A stretch of 64,000 nt of DNA from Spirochaetia bacterium (GCA_963675665.1 OY776510.1:640001-704000); one strand, 5' to 3'; positions 49,992-58,179 are shown, counted from the first letter of the stretch. Notes: generated by a model from the letters alone, not told the origin. Translations and numbers: made by a program.

Positions 49992-51230
49992 ATGAAAAGC
50001 GATATGGCCAGCAGCAGCGGCAATAAAGCAAATATTGAATTCACCGTTAAAAAAATTAAACTCCTGCGATCCGGAGTTTTTACAGCAATTATTATCCTTT
50101 TTATGATTATCAACTCCGCAGAAAACCTGATTGTACTCCTGTCCATGACGGCAGGTTATTCAATAGTGGCAATTTTTCACGGCTACTGCGTTCTGAGCAG
50201 AAAGCAGCATCTTCTTAATTCCGCTGTATTGATTTTACCAGAGCTGATTATTTCCAACGCATTCCTTCTTTTTATAAACCCGGGTCTGCTGCTGCCTTTT
50301 ACATGTCTGCAGACTGTTGAACTTGCCGTTGAAAACCGCGGCCTTAAATATATCTATGCCCTGGCGGGAACCGCAGCAGCGGGAATGGCCGCCGGGTTTA
50401 TTATAAGAAACGAACAGAAATTCATCATTTATACCATTCCTGCAATATTAATTGTCATCCTGATATTCAAACTCATTCATCTGCAGGATTTCAGAAATAA
50501 AAATAAATATGAGTATATGAAAAAACTTGTTGATAACAAAAACAAGCTGTTATCCACACTTACCCATGAACTGAGAACGCCGCTGGCTGTAATAAAAACC
50601 TCAAACGAGCTGATCATGGAAGAACGGCCCGGCCCGATAAACGAAACACAAAGAACCCTGATTTTTTCATCACTCGAGAATACAAAACGGCTGAATTCCC
50701 TGGTTGAGAATATTCTTTCACAGGTGAAAGTTGAATTTGCGTGGTTTTCCATGAAACAGCAGCCGCTGGACATACGCAACCTTATTCGCAAAACAGCTGT
50801 CGATATAAACCCATATCTTGAAACCAAAAAGCAGCAGCTTAAATATAATTATCCGTCGCTTATGTCAAAAACCATAGGTGATAAACGATGGCTTGAACAG
50901 GTTTTGCTGAACCTTATCCACAACGGAAGCAAAAACAGCCCCGACAATTCGGAAATTACGATTTCGGTACAGGAAAATGAACAGTGCATAGTAATATCAG
51001 TCCACGACAGGGGCTCCGGAATAAAAAGCCGTGAAATCCCGAATGTATTCAACGAGTTTTACCAGTCGACTGATCCGGCGAAAAACCTTAACGAAGGCGC
51101 CGGCCTGGGGCTGACCATTGTAAGGGATATTATTGAGAAACATAAAGGCGAAGTATATATCAGTTCGCTTCCCCAAACAGGAACAACAGTTTCATTCACA
51201 TTGCCTATATACAAAGGAGTCTTTTTATGA
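49992..51230 (+). CDS. Multi-TM sensor histidine kinase
   Basis: HELRTPL, NLIHN, DRGSG, GAGLGL. Start codon uncertain (49992 or 50004). Confidence 0.85.
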   Translation: MKSDMASSSGNKANIEFTVKKIKLLRSGVFTAIIILFMIINSAENLIVLLSMTAGYSIVAIFHGYCVLSRKQHLLNSAVLILPELIISNAFLLFINPGLLLPFTCLQTVELAVENRGLKYIYALAGTAAAGMAAGFIIRNEQKFIIYTIPAILIVILIFKLIHLQDFRNKNKYEYMKKLVDNKNKLLSTLTHELRTPLAVIKTSNELIMEERPGPINETQRTLIFSSLENTKRLNSLVENILSQVKVEFAWFSMKQQPLDIRNLIRKTAVDINPYLETKKQQLKYNYPSLMSKTIGDKRWLEQVLLNLIHNGSKNSPDNSEITISVQENEQCIVISVHDRGSGIKSREIPNVFNEFYQSTDPAKNLNEGAGLGLTIVRDIIEKHKGEVYISSLPQTGTTVSFTLPIYKGVFL

Positions 51231-51910
51231 AACAGACGGTTCTGATAATTGAAGATGATCCCCACCTTGTAACCATCCTTGATTTTCTAATGCGCGATGA
51301 AGGCTATAACGTCGTTACTTCACCGTCGGGAGAGGAGGGTCTTGCAATAATTAAAAGAGAAAAAATCGATTTGGTTATTCTTGATATTAACCTGCCCGGA
51401 ATGAACGGGCTTGACGTATGCAACAGAATAAAGATTTCAGAACAAATCCCGGTAATTTTTCTCAGCTGCAGAGACCAGGACAGCGACGTTATTTCCGGAC
51501 TGGAAAACGGCGCCGAGGATTATATGCGTAAACCCTTTAACCACAGGGAACTTGCGTTAAGAGTTAAAAAACTGCTTGAAAGATCATCCGATCAGAACAT
51601 GAAAACAGCAATAGAAACCGGTCAATTATTTATAAAAACCGATCGGGAAGAGGTTTACTTCAATTCGCAGGAGATCAAACTGACTCCCGTTGAGTATAAA
51701 CTTCTTGAAGTGCTGTTCAGAAGACTTGACTGGGTGCAGTCCTGGCAGGTCCTTCTGAAAGACGCCTGGGGCTATGAAGACTGGGAAGGGGGCAGGGAAA
51801 TGGTCAAGGTCAACATCAGGCGATTGCGAAAAAAAATTGAGCCGGATCCTTCTCAACCGGTTTATCTTCTGACCGAAAGAGGCAGGGGCTATAAACTGGC
51901 CAGACTATAG
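51227..51910 (+). CDS. OmpR-family response regulator
   Basis: IEDD, LDINLP, KPF, LTPVEY, V.IRRLRKKIE.DP, RG.GY. Confidence 0.93.
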   Translation: MKQTVLIIEDDPHLVTILDFLMRDEGYNVVTSPSGEEGLAIIKREKIDLVILDINLPGMNGLDVCNRIKISEQIPVIFLSCRDQDSDVISGLENGAEDYMRKPFNHRELALRVKKLLERSSDQNMKTAIETGQLFIKTDREEVYFNSQEIKLTPVEYKLLEVLFRRLDWVQSWQVLLKDAWGYEDWEGGREMVKVNIRRLRKKIEPDPSQPVYLLTERGRGYKLARL

Positions 51911-52996
51911 ATGAACGCATATTTGACGCTTAAAAATCTTACGAAAATTTTCAATCCCGGCAGAGAAGACCAGGTGGCGGCCCTTAATCATTTCAGCATG
52001 ACGGTTAACAAGGGCGATTTTGTTACAATTCTGGGACCGTCGGGCTGCGGGAAAACTACAGCATTGCGGATGATTGCAGGGTTTGAAATTCCTACATCCG
52101 GAGAAATCTATATTGATAATAAAAACATCTCCAACCTGACTCCGGATAAGCGCAATACTGCAATGGTTTTTCAGAATTATGCCCTGTTTCCTCATCTTAC
52201 TGTATTTGAAAACATTGCTTACGGATTAAAAGTTCGGGGAGCGTCCAGGGATATTATTAAAAACGATGTTGCCATGGCCTGCCAGGTGGTAAATATGGTG
52301 GGCCTTGAAAAACGATACCCGGGAGAACTGTCGGGGGGGCAGCAGCAGCGTGTTGCTCTTGCTCGGGCCCTGGTAATGAAACCGAAAATGATTCTTTTCG
52401 ACGAACCCCTGTCAAATCTTGATTTGAAACTGAGACTGCAGACCAGAACCGAAATTAAACGGGTCCAGCAGATGCTCGGCATAACTGTACTTTATGTAAC
52501 CCATGATCAGTCCGAGGCGCTCAGTATGTCGGATAAAATAATAATAATGAATCACGGCAAGGTAGTTCAAACAGGAACACCCGAAGAAATCTACAACAAC
52601 CCGGCAAACGCTTTTGTAGCCGACTTTATCGGGAATGCAAATTTCATATCCGCCTATGCAGAAGAAATCGAAGGAAAAAGAATTACTGTCAGACTCGGAA
52701 AAAGAATCATCGTTGTTAAAAATGAAAACCCGGAAGAAGTTTTCAGCGAAGGCGAGGAAGTTTACCTTTCAATTAAGCCCGAAGCAATACAAATAAGCGG
52801 AAAAGAAACCGATTTTTCCGGTACAGTCCAGGTTAAATCATTTCTTGGTCCGCATACCGAATACAAGATCGAATTTGAGGGATCTTTTATAAATGTATAC
52901 CAGCACAATACAGGCGGAGACTCAAAAATTTATAAGCCGGGAGACAGGGTCTGTCTGAAATTCGATAAGGCGCTTTGTCACGTTTACAAGAGATAA
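51911..52996 (+). CDS. Second ABC ATPase paralogue
   Basis: [25 protein letters not shown]; near-identical motifs to 45896-46969. Confidence 0.9.
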   Translation: MNAYLTLKNLTKIFNPGREDQVAALNHFSMTVNKGDFVTILGPSGCGKTTALRMIAGFEIPTSGEIYIDNKNISNLTPDKRNTAMVFQNYALFPHLTVFENIAYGLKVRGASRDIIKNDVAMACQVVNMVGLEKRYPGELSGGQQQRVALARALVMKPKMILFDEPLSNLDLKLRLQTRTEIKRVQQMLGITVLYVTHDQSEALSMSDKIIIMNHGKVVQTGTPEEIYNNPANAFVADFIGNANFISAYAEEIEGKRITVRLGKRIIVVKNENPEEVFSEGEEVYLSIKPEAIQISGKETDFSGTVQVKSFLGPHTEYKIEFEGSFINVYQHNTGGDSKIYKPGDRVCLKFDKALCHVYKR

Positions 52997-53039
52997 TTAC
53001 GACCTGATCGATTTTTTTCACAGTCTTTTATAATATCTA

Positions 53040-53107
53040 TTGACTATATAACATAACTATTATATATTACTAACAGTTGCCAGGCGCAACAGTTGCGCAA
53101 AACAACT
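53040..53107 (+). promoter_or_regulatory. Promoter and tandem MarR-type operators
   Basis: TTGACT(53040)-17-TATATT; GTTGC-N5-GCAAC (53076-90) and AGTTG-N7-CAACT (53091-107). Confidence 0.65.
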
Positions 53108-53121
53108 TTACGGAGTAATAT

Positions 53122-53517
53122 GTGATAGAATTAATCCTTGAACTGAAACAGAAATGCCGATTCGACAGTGAGATTGGAGAATCTTTCAGCCTGAAAGAAC
53201 GCGAAGTAGCGTTTCTTTCAACGATTGCCGCCAATAAAAGCTTAACATCAAAGGAACTGTCTTCTCTTTCCGGCCTTTCTCCCTCCAGAAGCAGCCGTGT
53301 AATCTCTGCGCTATATGAAAAAGGCTATATTTTAATGGAGCATAACCGCTCCGATCGCAGACTGATCAATATCAGTCTTACACAAAAGGGTAAAGACTGT
53401 GTCGACGGTATTGAAAAAGAAAAAAGGAATTGTGAATTCGATTTACTGGCCGGACTGTCGGATGATGAAAAAGCAACCGTTAAAAAAGGCCTTAATATTC
53501 TTCTGAGGAAAATGTAA
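53122..53517 (+). CDS. MarR-family regulator
   Basis: HTH plus DRR..I.LT.KG wing; GTG start after GGAG; three Cys. Confidence 0.85.
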   Translation: MIELILELKQKCRFDSEIGESFSLKEREVAFLSTIAANKSLTSKELSSLSGLSPSRSSRVISALYEKGYILMEHNRSDRRLINISLTQKGKDCVDGIEKEKRNCEFDLLAGLSDDEKATVKKGLNILLRKM

Positions 53518-53580
53518 TATTTTGACCTTTTTAGAGGAGAAATAATAAAATTGAATCTTCATATTCAATTTTAAGGGGGA

Positions 53581-54243
53581 ATGATGACTGAAACAAATAC
53601 GGTAAAGGCAATTAATATACGTTATTCGGATCTTGCCGAAACAAGCTGCTGCCTTTCATGCGGCGGAGCTGTAAATCACAGCAAGGTCTCGAAAGGTGAA
53701 ATTTGTGTGGATCTCGGCAGCGGACGGGGAACGGATGCAATCCGCATGGCTGAAGAAGTCGGAGCCGAAGGAATGGTCTACGGTCTGGATCTGTCGGACG
53801 GGATGATCAGGAAAGCTGAAAAAACCGCAAACCGGCTCGGTGTAGAGAACGTGAAATTTATTCAGACTGATCTGGAAAAAATGCCGTTAGGCGACAATTC
53901 GGCAGATCTTGTTATTTCAAACTGCGTCATTAATCACGCGGAAAATAAACAGAACGTCTGGAACGAGGTTTACAGGATTCTGAAGACCGGGGGACGGTTT
54001 GTAGTCAGCGATATCTACTCCAGTGAACCGGTGCCTGAAGAATACCGCACAGATCCGGAGGCTGTAGCTGAATGCTGGGCAGGATCCGTAACACGCGAAA
54101 TCTATCTCAGCCAGCTTGAAAAAGCCGGATTCAGGAATATCGAAATTCTTGAAGAGAGTAATCCCTATCCCAAGGGAAAAATAGAAGTCAGCAGCTGGAC
54201 GATACTCGGCTACAAATCCGGGTGTTGCTGTTGTAACACTTAA
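53581..54243 (+). CDS. SAM-dependent methyltransferase, arsenite methyltransferase (ArsM)-like
   Basis: SCCLSCGG, DLGSGRG.D, ISNCVINH, GGRFVVSD, ECWAG (the ArsM-type Cys positions); C-terminal GCCCC. Confidence 0.78.
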   Translation: MMTETNTVKAINIRYSDLAETSCCLSCGGAVNHSKVSKGEICVDLGSGRGTDAIRMAEEVGAEGMVYGLDLSDGMIRKAEKTANRLGVENVKFIQTDLEKMPLGDNSADLVISNCVINHAENKQNVWNEVYRILKTGGRFVVSDIYSSEPVPEEYRTDPEAVAECWAGSVTREIYLSQLEKAGFRNIEILEESNPYPKGKIEVSSWTILGYKSGCCCCNT

Positions 54244-54285
54244 AACCTTCCATGGAAGGCAAGAAATATTTTTAACGGAGGTTTC

Positions 54286-54381
54286 ATGAAATCACTGATC
54301 AAAAAGAAACCGGAAGGCAAAAAAGAAACAGCGCAATGTTGTGCAAAGCTTTCCAAGGTTGTGGCAGGCTGCCACGACTAG
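54286..54381 (+). CDS. 31-aa Cys-containing peptide, putative RiPP precursor: MKSLIKKKPEGKKETAQCCAKLSKVVAGCHD
   Basis: Strong GGAGG SD just upstream, ATG...TAG, directly upstream of the radical SAM/SPASM gene and followed by a hairpin. Confidence 0.8.
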   Translation: MKSLIKKKPEGKKETAQCCAKLSKVVAGCHD

Positions 54382-54389
54382 ACTCGTCC

Positions 54390-54424
54390 CCGGACCGGGG
54401 GATTTTCCACCGGTCCGGATTTTT
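54390..54424 (+). terminator. GC-rich hairpin plus T5 between the peptide gene and the maturase
   Basis: CCGGACCGG...CCGGTCCGG-A-TTTTT. Confidence 0.7.
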
Positions 54425-54457
54425 ACCTGACACATGGACAATAACGGAGAAAAACTG

Positions 54458-55774
54458 ATGCAGTTGTCGAAACATAATATAATATCCGAAATAAAAGACT
54501 CTGATGATTACTATATCATCAATCCTCTCAGTAAAAACGCTGATATTCTTGATGCCGATACAGCAAAAGCGCTGCTTAACGGTGAATTTACAAACCGTGA
54601 CGAGCTTATCGAAAAAGGCTATCTGGCAGATGCCGACGAGGAAGAGAAACGTTTTAAATCGGGGTATCTTGATTTTCTCGACAACCGTGAAGATGACGAA
54701 ATTCAGATATTTTATGTTCCGACCTATTCCTGTAACTTCAATTGTACTTACTGTTATCAGGAAGGTTACGGCAATGAACAATTCGGTGATGCCGGGGCGG
54801 TAACAGAGGCTTTTTTCAGATATGTTGATACTGAATTCGCAGGGAAGCGGAAATATATCACCGTTTTCGGCGGCGAGCCCCTTCTTCCGGACAATGTCAC
54901 ACGTAATAAAATCGAACTTATTATCAGGGAAGCAAATAAACGAAATCTGTCGCTGGCATTCGTAACAAACGGATGGGCTCTGGAAAGCTATGTCCCGCTT
55001 CTTAAAACCGCTTCTGTTCGTGAGGTTCAGGTGACCCTGGACGGCCCGGAAGAAGTTCATAATAAACGAAGACCGCTTCACAGCGGAGCAGGGACTTTTA
55101 AAAAGGTCGTTAACGGCATAAATTCCGCTCTTGAAGCCGGCATACCGATAAACCTTCGCGCTGTTATTGATAAAGAAAATCTTCCGCACCTTCCTGAACT
55201 GGCCCAATTCGCTGTAGATCAGGGCTGGACCGGCAGATCGAACTTTAAAACACAGCTGGGACGTAATTATGAACTGCATTATTGTCAGGAAAATGCAGCA
55301 AAACTCTACGACAGGCTTTCAATGTATGAAGATTTATACGAACTGATAAAGAATAATCCTGTCGTAATGGAGTTTCACCGGCCGGCATTTTCTATAAGCC
55401 GTTTTCTTTTTGACAACGGTGATATGCCTGACCCGCTGTATGATTCCTGCCCCGGATGTAAAACCGAATGGGCTTTTGATTACAGCGGAAACATTTTTTC
55501 ATGTACGGCCACTGTCGGTAAACCGGGGGAAAGCCTGGGAACCTTCTACCCGGAAATTACCACCAGGGAAGAAGCGATTGAGGCATGGCAGGAACGTGAT
55601 GTAACAACAATACCCGAATGCCTTAACTGCGAACTCAGGCTTGCGTGCGGAGGAGGTTGTGCATCAGCAGCAAAAAACAGAACAGGGACACTGAATTCGC
55701 CGGACTGCAGACCGGTAAAAGGTTTATTGACATTGGGTCTTTCGCTGTATTTCAACGAAGCGAAAGCAGAATAA
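54458..55774 (+). CDS. Radical SAM/SPASM-domain peptide maturase with RRE-like N-terminus
   Basis: CNFNCTYC, FGGEPL, TNG, TLDGP...H..RR; SPASM C...C and CxxC-x5-CGGGC...C; N-terminal ~55-aa region ending L..KGYL; GGAGA SD before ATG 54458. Confidence 0.88.
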   Translation: MQLSKHNIISEIKDSDDYYIINPLSKNADILDADTAKALLNGEFTNRDELIEKGYLADADEEEKRFKSGYLDFLDNREDDEIQIFYVPTYSCNFNCTYCYQEGYGNEQFGDAGAVTEAFFRYVDTEFAGKRKYITVFGGEPLLPDNVTRNKIELIIREANKRNLSLAFVTNGWALESYVPLLKTASVREVQVTLDGPEEVHNKRRPLHSGAGTFKKVVNGINSALEAGIPINLRAVIDKENLPHLPELAQFAVDQGWTGRSNFKTQLGRNYELHYCQENAAKLYDRLSMYEDLYELIKNNPVVMEFHRPAFSISRFLFDNGDMPDPLYDSCPGCKTEWAFDYSGNIFSCTATVGKPGESLGTFYPEITTREEAIEAWQERDVTTIPECLNCELRLACGGGCASAAKNRTGTLNSPDCRPVKGLLTLGLSLYFNEAKAE

Positions 55775-55804
55775 CACGTTAGACAATTTTATAGGAGTGA
55801 AAAT

Positions 55805-57088
55805 ATGGCTGGAAAGATTAAGGAAATACAGGCAGCAGATTTTGAAAAAGAGGTGCTCGGTAAAGAACGCGTAGTAGTGGATTTTTATTCCACGGAATGT
55901 CCGCCCTGTGAAGCGCTGGCATCAAAATATGAAACGCTGAGCTACATTTACGGTGATGATATAAGCTTTATAAAAATATTCAGACAGGGAAACCGGGAAC
56001 TCTCCGAAAAGCTGGACGTCAGCGGCTCTCCTACGGTAATCTTTTACAAAAACGGAGAAAGAGTCGGAGACACTCTTACCGGCGGCATTAAACGCTCGGA
56101 TCTGATGAAAAACCTCGATGCGCTTCTGCCTGCAGAAAAAGCCGAAGAAATACACAACGAAATTAAACCTGTTGTAACCAACACCGATGTCGTTGTCCTG
56201 GGCGGAGGCCCGGCCGGCCTGACAGCAGGAATATATCTTGCGCAGGCGCATCTTAAAACAATACTGATAGACACCGCCCTTCCCGGGGGCTATGTAGCAA
56301 CAACCCACCAGGTATCAAATTACCCGGGCTTTATCGAACCTCAGCAGGGATTTATGCTCAGCCATTTCATGAGCGAACAGGCAAAAGCCAACGGCGTGGA
56401 ATTCAGAAGCGCGGTAGAAGTATCAAAAGTCGATCTGCGCAACAAGAGCCTTCTTGTAGACGGGTATGAAACAATTGAGGCAAAAAAGATAGTTATTGCG
56501 ACAGGCTCCAGACCGCGTCCGCTTGATATTCCGGGAGAAAAAGAGTATGCCGGGCAGGGCATAAGTTACTGCGCGACCTGTGACGGAAAATATTTTGAGG
56601 ACAAGGAAATAGTGGTAATTGGAGGCGGCAATTCAGCTATTGAAGAATCGCTGTTCCTGTCAAGGTTTGCAAAGAAAATAACCATTGTCCACCAGTTTGA
56701 TACCCTGCAGGCCAATAAAGAAGCGCAGAAAAAAATATTTGCCGACAAAAAAATCAATTTCATGTTTGAACATGAACCCCGTGAGTTTAAAAAATACGGA
56801 AACATGGACATGGGAGTAATTGTTGAAAACCTGAAAACCGGTGAAAAGTCAGAAGTACGAACCAACGGCATCTTTGTCTTTGTGGGTTTTATTCCGAACC
56901 TGGACGTTATTCATGACGAAATGGAGCTGGACCAATGGGGATACCTCAAAACCAGTGAGACTATGGAAACAAATCTGCCCGGGGTTTTCGCTGCAGGTGA
57001 CGTACGTACAAAACAGTACCGCCAGATAACAACCGCCGTATCAGACGGCACAATTGCGGCAATAACAATATCCAAAGAACTTACTTAA
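55805..57088 (+). CDS. trxB: Thioredoxin-thioredoxin reductase fusion
   Basis: N-terminal VDFYSTECPPC Trx domain; GGGPAG, SYCATCDG, GGGNSA, AAGD, RQI.TA..DG. Confidence 0.88.
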   Translation: MAGKIKEIQAADFEKEVLGKERVVVDFYSTECPPCEALASKYETLSYIYGDDISFIKIFRQGNRELSEKLDVSGSPTVIFYKNGERVGDTLTGGIKRSDLMKNLDALLPAEKAEEIHNEIKPVVTNTDVVVLGGGPAGLTAGIYLAQAHLKTILIDTALPGGYVATTHQVSNYPGFIEPQQGFMLSHFMSEQAKANGVEFRSAVEVSKVDLRNKSLLVDGYETIEAKKIVIATGSRPRPLDIPGEKEYAGQGISYCATCDGKYFEDKEIVVIGGGNSAIEESLFLSRFAKKITIVHQFDTLQANKEAQKKIFADKKINFMFEHEPREFKKYGNMDMGVIVENLKTGEKSEVRTNGIFVFVGFIPNLDVIHDEMELDQWGYLKTSETMETNLPGVFAAGDVRTKQYRQITTAVSDGTIAAITISKELT

Positions 57089-57095
57089 TAAACGG

Positions 57096-57125
57096 TATCG
57101 GCGGCGGGAGGCCCTGCTGCCGATA
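57096..57125. terminator. Hairpin between convergent trxB and lspA
   Basis: TATCGGCGGCGGG-AGG-CCCTGCTGCCGATA. Confidence 0.6.
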
Positions 57126-57129
57126 TCAA

Positions 57130-57663
57130 TTATTCCAGATCAGATACAGTCTTTCCTTTTTTTTCTTTTCCGTTCTCGGCTTTCAGCATCAGTATCACAA
57201 AAACCAGCGCTCCGAATGTAACCGACAAATCTGCAACATTAAGAATACCGGTACGAAACCGTCCTATACCGAAATTCATAAAATCGATTACGATACCGCT
57301 GTTGAATATCCGATCATACAGGTTTCCCACTCCCCCGCCGATAACACATGATAAACATGCCAGCTGCCCGGGGGGAATATTTCCGCTGAAAGCAGTATAG
57401 AAAATCGCTACAGCAACGATAAGAGAGGGAAGCAATACCAGCAGAACCGATTTTAACGGTACCGGCATACTGCCCCCGAACCCCAGGAATGCTCCGTCGT
57501 TTTCCGCATAATGCAGAATAAATAAATTCCCGACTATTTGAATTGTTCCTTCGCCTTTAATATGTTCAACTGCATAAATCTTTGTTACGCGGTCAACTGC
57601 AAAATTTGCAGCAGAAATAAGAATTACAACTATCAGCAGAAAGAAGCCTTTTTTAATGCTCAT
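57130..57663 (-). CDS. lspA: Lipoprotein signal peptidase II
   Basis: D..TK, N.GAF, GG..GNL.DR, V.DF, NVAD. Confidence 0.92.
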   Translation of the reverse strand: MSIKKGFFLLIVVILISAANFAVDRVTKIYAVEHIKGEGTIQIVGNLFILHYAENDGAFLGFGGSMPVPLKSVLLVLLPSLIVAVAIFYTAFSGNIPPGQLACLSCVIGGGVGNLYDRIFNSGIVIDFMNFGIGRFRTGILNVADLSVTFGALVFVILMLKAENGKEKKGKTVSDLE

Positions 57664-57720
57664 GCGAATAATATAGCACAATCACTGCTTATTTCTCAAC
57701 AGCAATATCTGCAAACAATA

Positions 57721-57749
57721 TTGACGCCCGGGCTGAACAACTGTAATAT
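57721..57749 (+). promoter_or_regulatory. tRNA promoter
   Basis: TTGACG-17 bp-TAATAT. Confidence 0.65.
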
Positions 57750-57767
57750 GCATATTAGAATAACACC

Positions 57768-57841
57768 GGGGCTGTAGCTCAGATGGCTAGAGCGGTTGGT
57801 TCGCAATCAACAGGCCGTGGGTTCGACTCCCATCAGCTCCA
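57768..57841 (+). tRNA. tRNA-Ala (anticodon CGC), CCA not encoded
   Basis: Acceptor GGGGCTG/CAGCTCC with G3:U70, D arm GCTC/GAGC, anticodon stem GTTGG-TTCGCAA-TCAAC, T arm GTGGG-TTCGACT-CCCAT. Confidence 0.96.
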
Positions 57842-58179
57842 ATATAAATAAAAGGCTTTATTCCGCAAGGAAAAAAGCCTTCATAAATTCAGGAGCTGTG
57901 GGAGGAGAACCTGTGAGATGGGGAGTTTGACGCAGACAAACTCCTGAAAGAAAGCCGCAAGGCTTTCTTTACCCATCAGCTCCAATATAAATAAAAGGCT
58001 TTATTCCGCAAGGAAAAAAGCCTTCATAAATTCAGGAGCTGTGGGAGGAGAACCTGTGAGATGGGGAGTTTGACGCAGACAAACTCCTGAAAGAAAGCCG
58101 CAAGGCTTTCTTTACCCATCAGCTCCAATATAAATAAAAGGCTTTATTTCGCAAGGAATAAAGCCTTCATAAATTCAGG
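57829..58179 (+). repeat. tRNA-linked tandem repeat, 143-bp unit, about 2.5 copies
   Basis: Units start at 57829, 57972 and 58115, each with the tRNA 3' end CCCATCAGCTCCA. Copies 1 and 2 appear identical; copy 3 is 65 bp with 2 substitutions. Confidence 0.93.

Noticed and set aside
53533-53574. SD plus a 7-codon TTG ORF and an AT-rich IR (AAAATTGAAT/ATTCAATTTT) between marR and the methyltransferase
   Set aside because: Too short and AT-rich to support a peptide call; the IR may be regulatory but cannot be assigned.
54299-55279. Long antisense ORFs (also 1982-2782, 41413-42084, 43064-43777, 59261-59866 and others)
   Set aside because: Shadows of well-supported genes on the opposite strand, with no recognisable motifs.
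54458-55774. ArsS/ArsL or anaerobic sulfatase maturase
   Set aside because: The N-terminal RRE-like extension, SPASM domain and adjacent peptide favour a peptide maturase; no sulfatase is nearby.
53122-57088. Selenocysteine recoding in the Cys-rich locus
   Set aside because: These ORFs end in TAA or TAG and no in-frame TGA readthrough is needed.
57829-58127. attL/attR of an integrated element at tRNA-Ala
   Set aside because: The duplicated tRNA ends are only 143 bp apart, with no integrase or cargo.
57829-58179. CRISPR array
   Set aside because: Units are 143 bp and identical with no unique spacers, and there are no cas genes.
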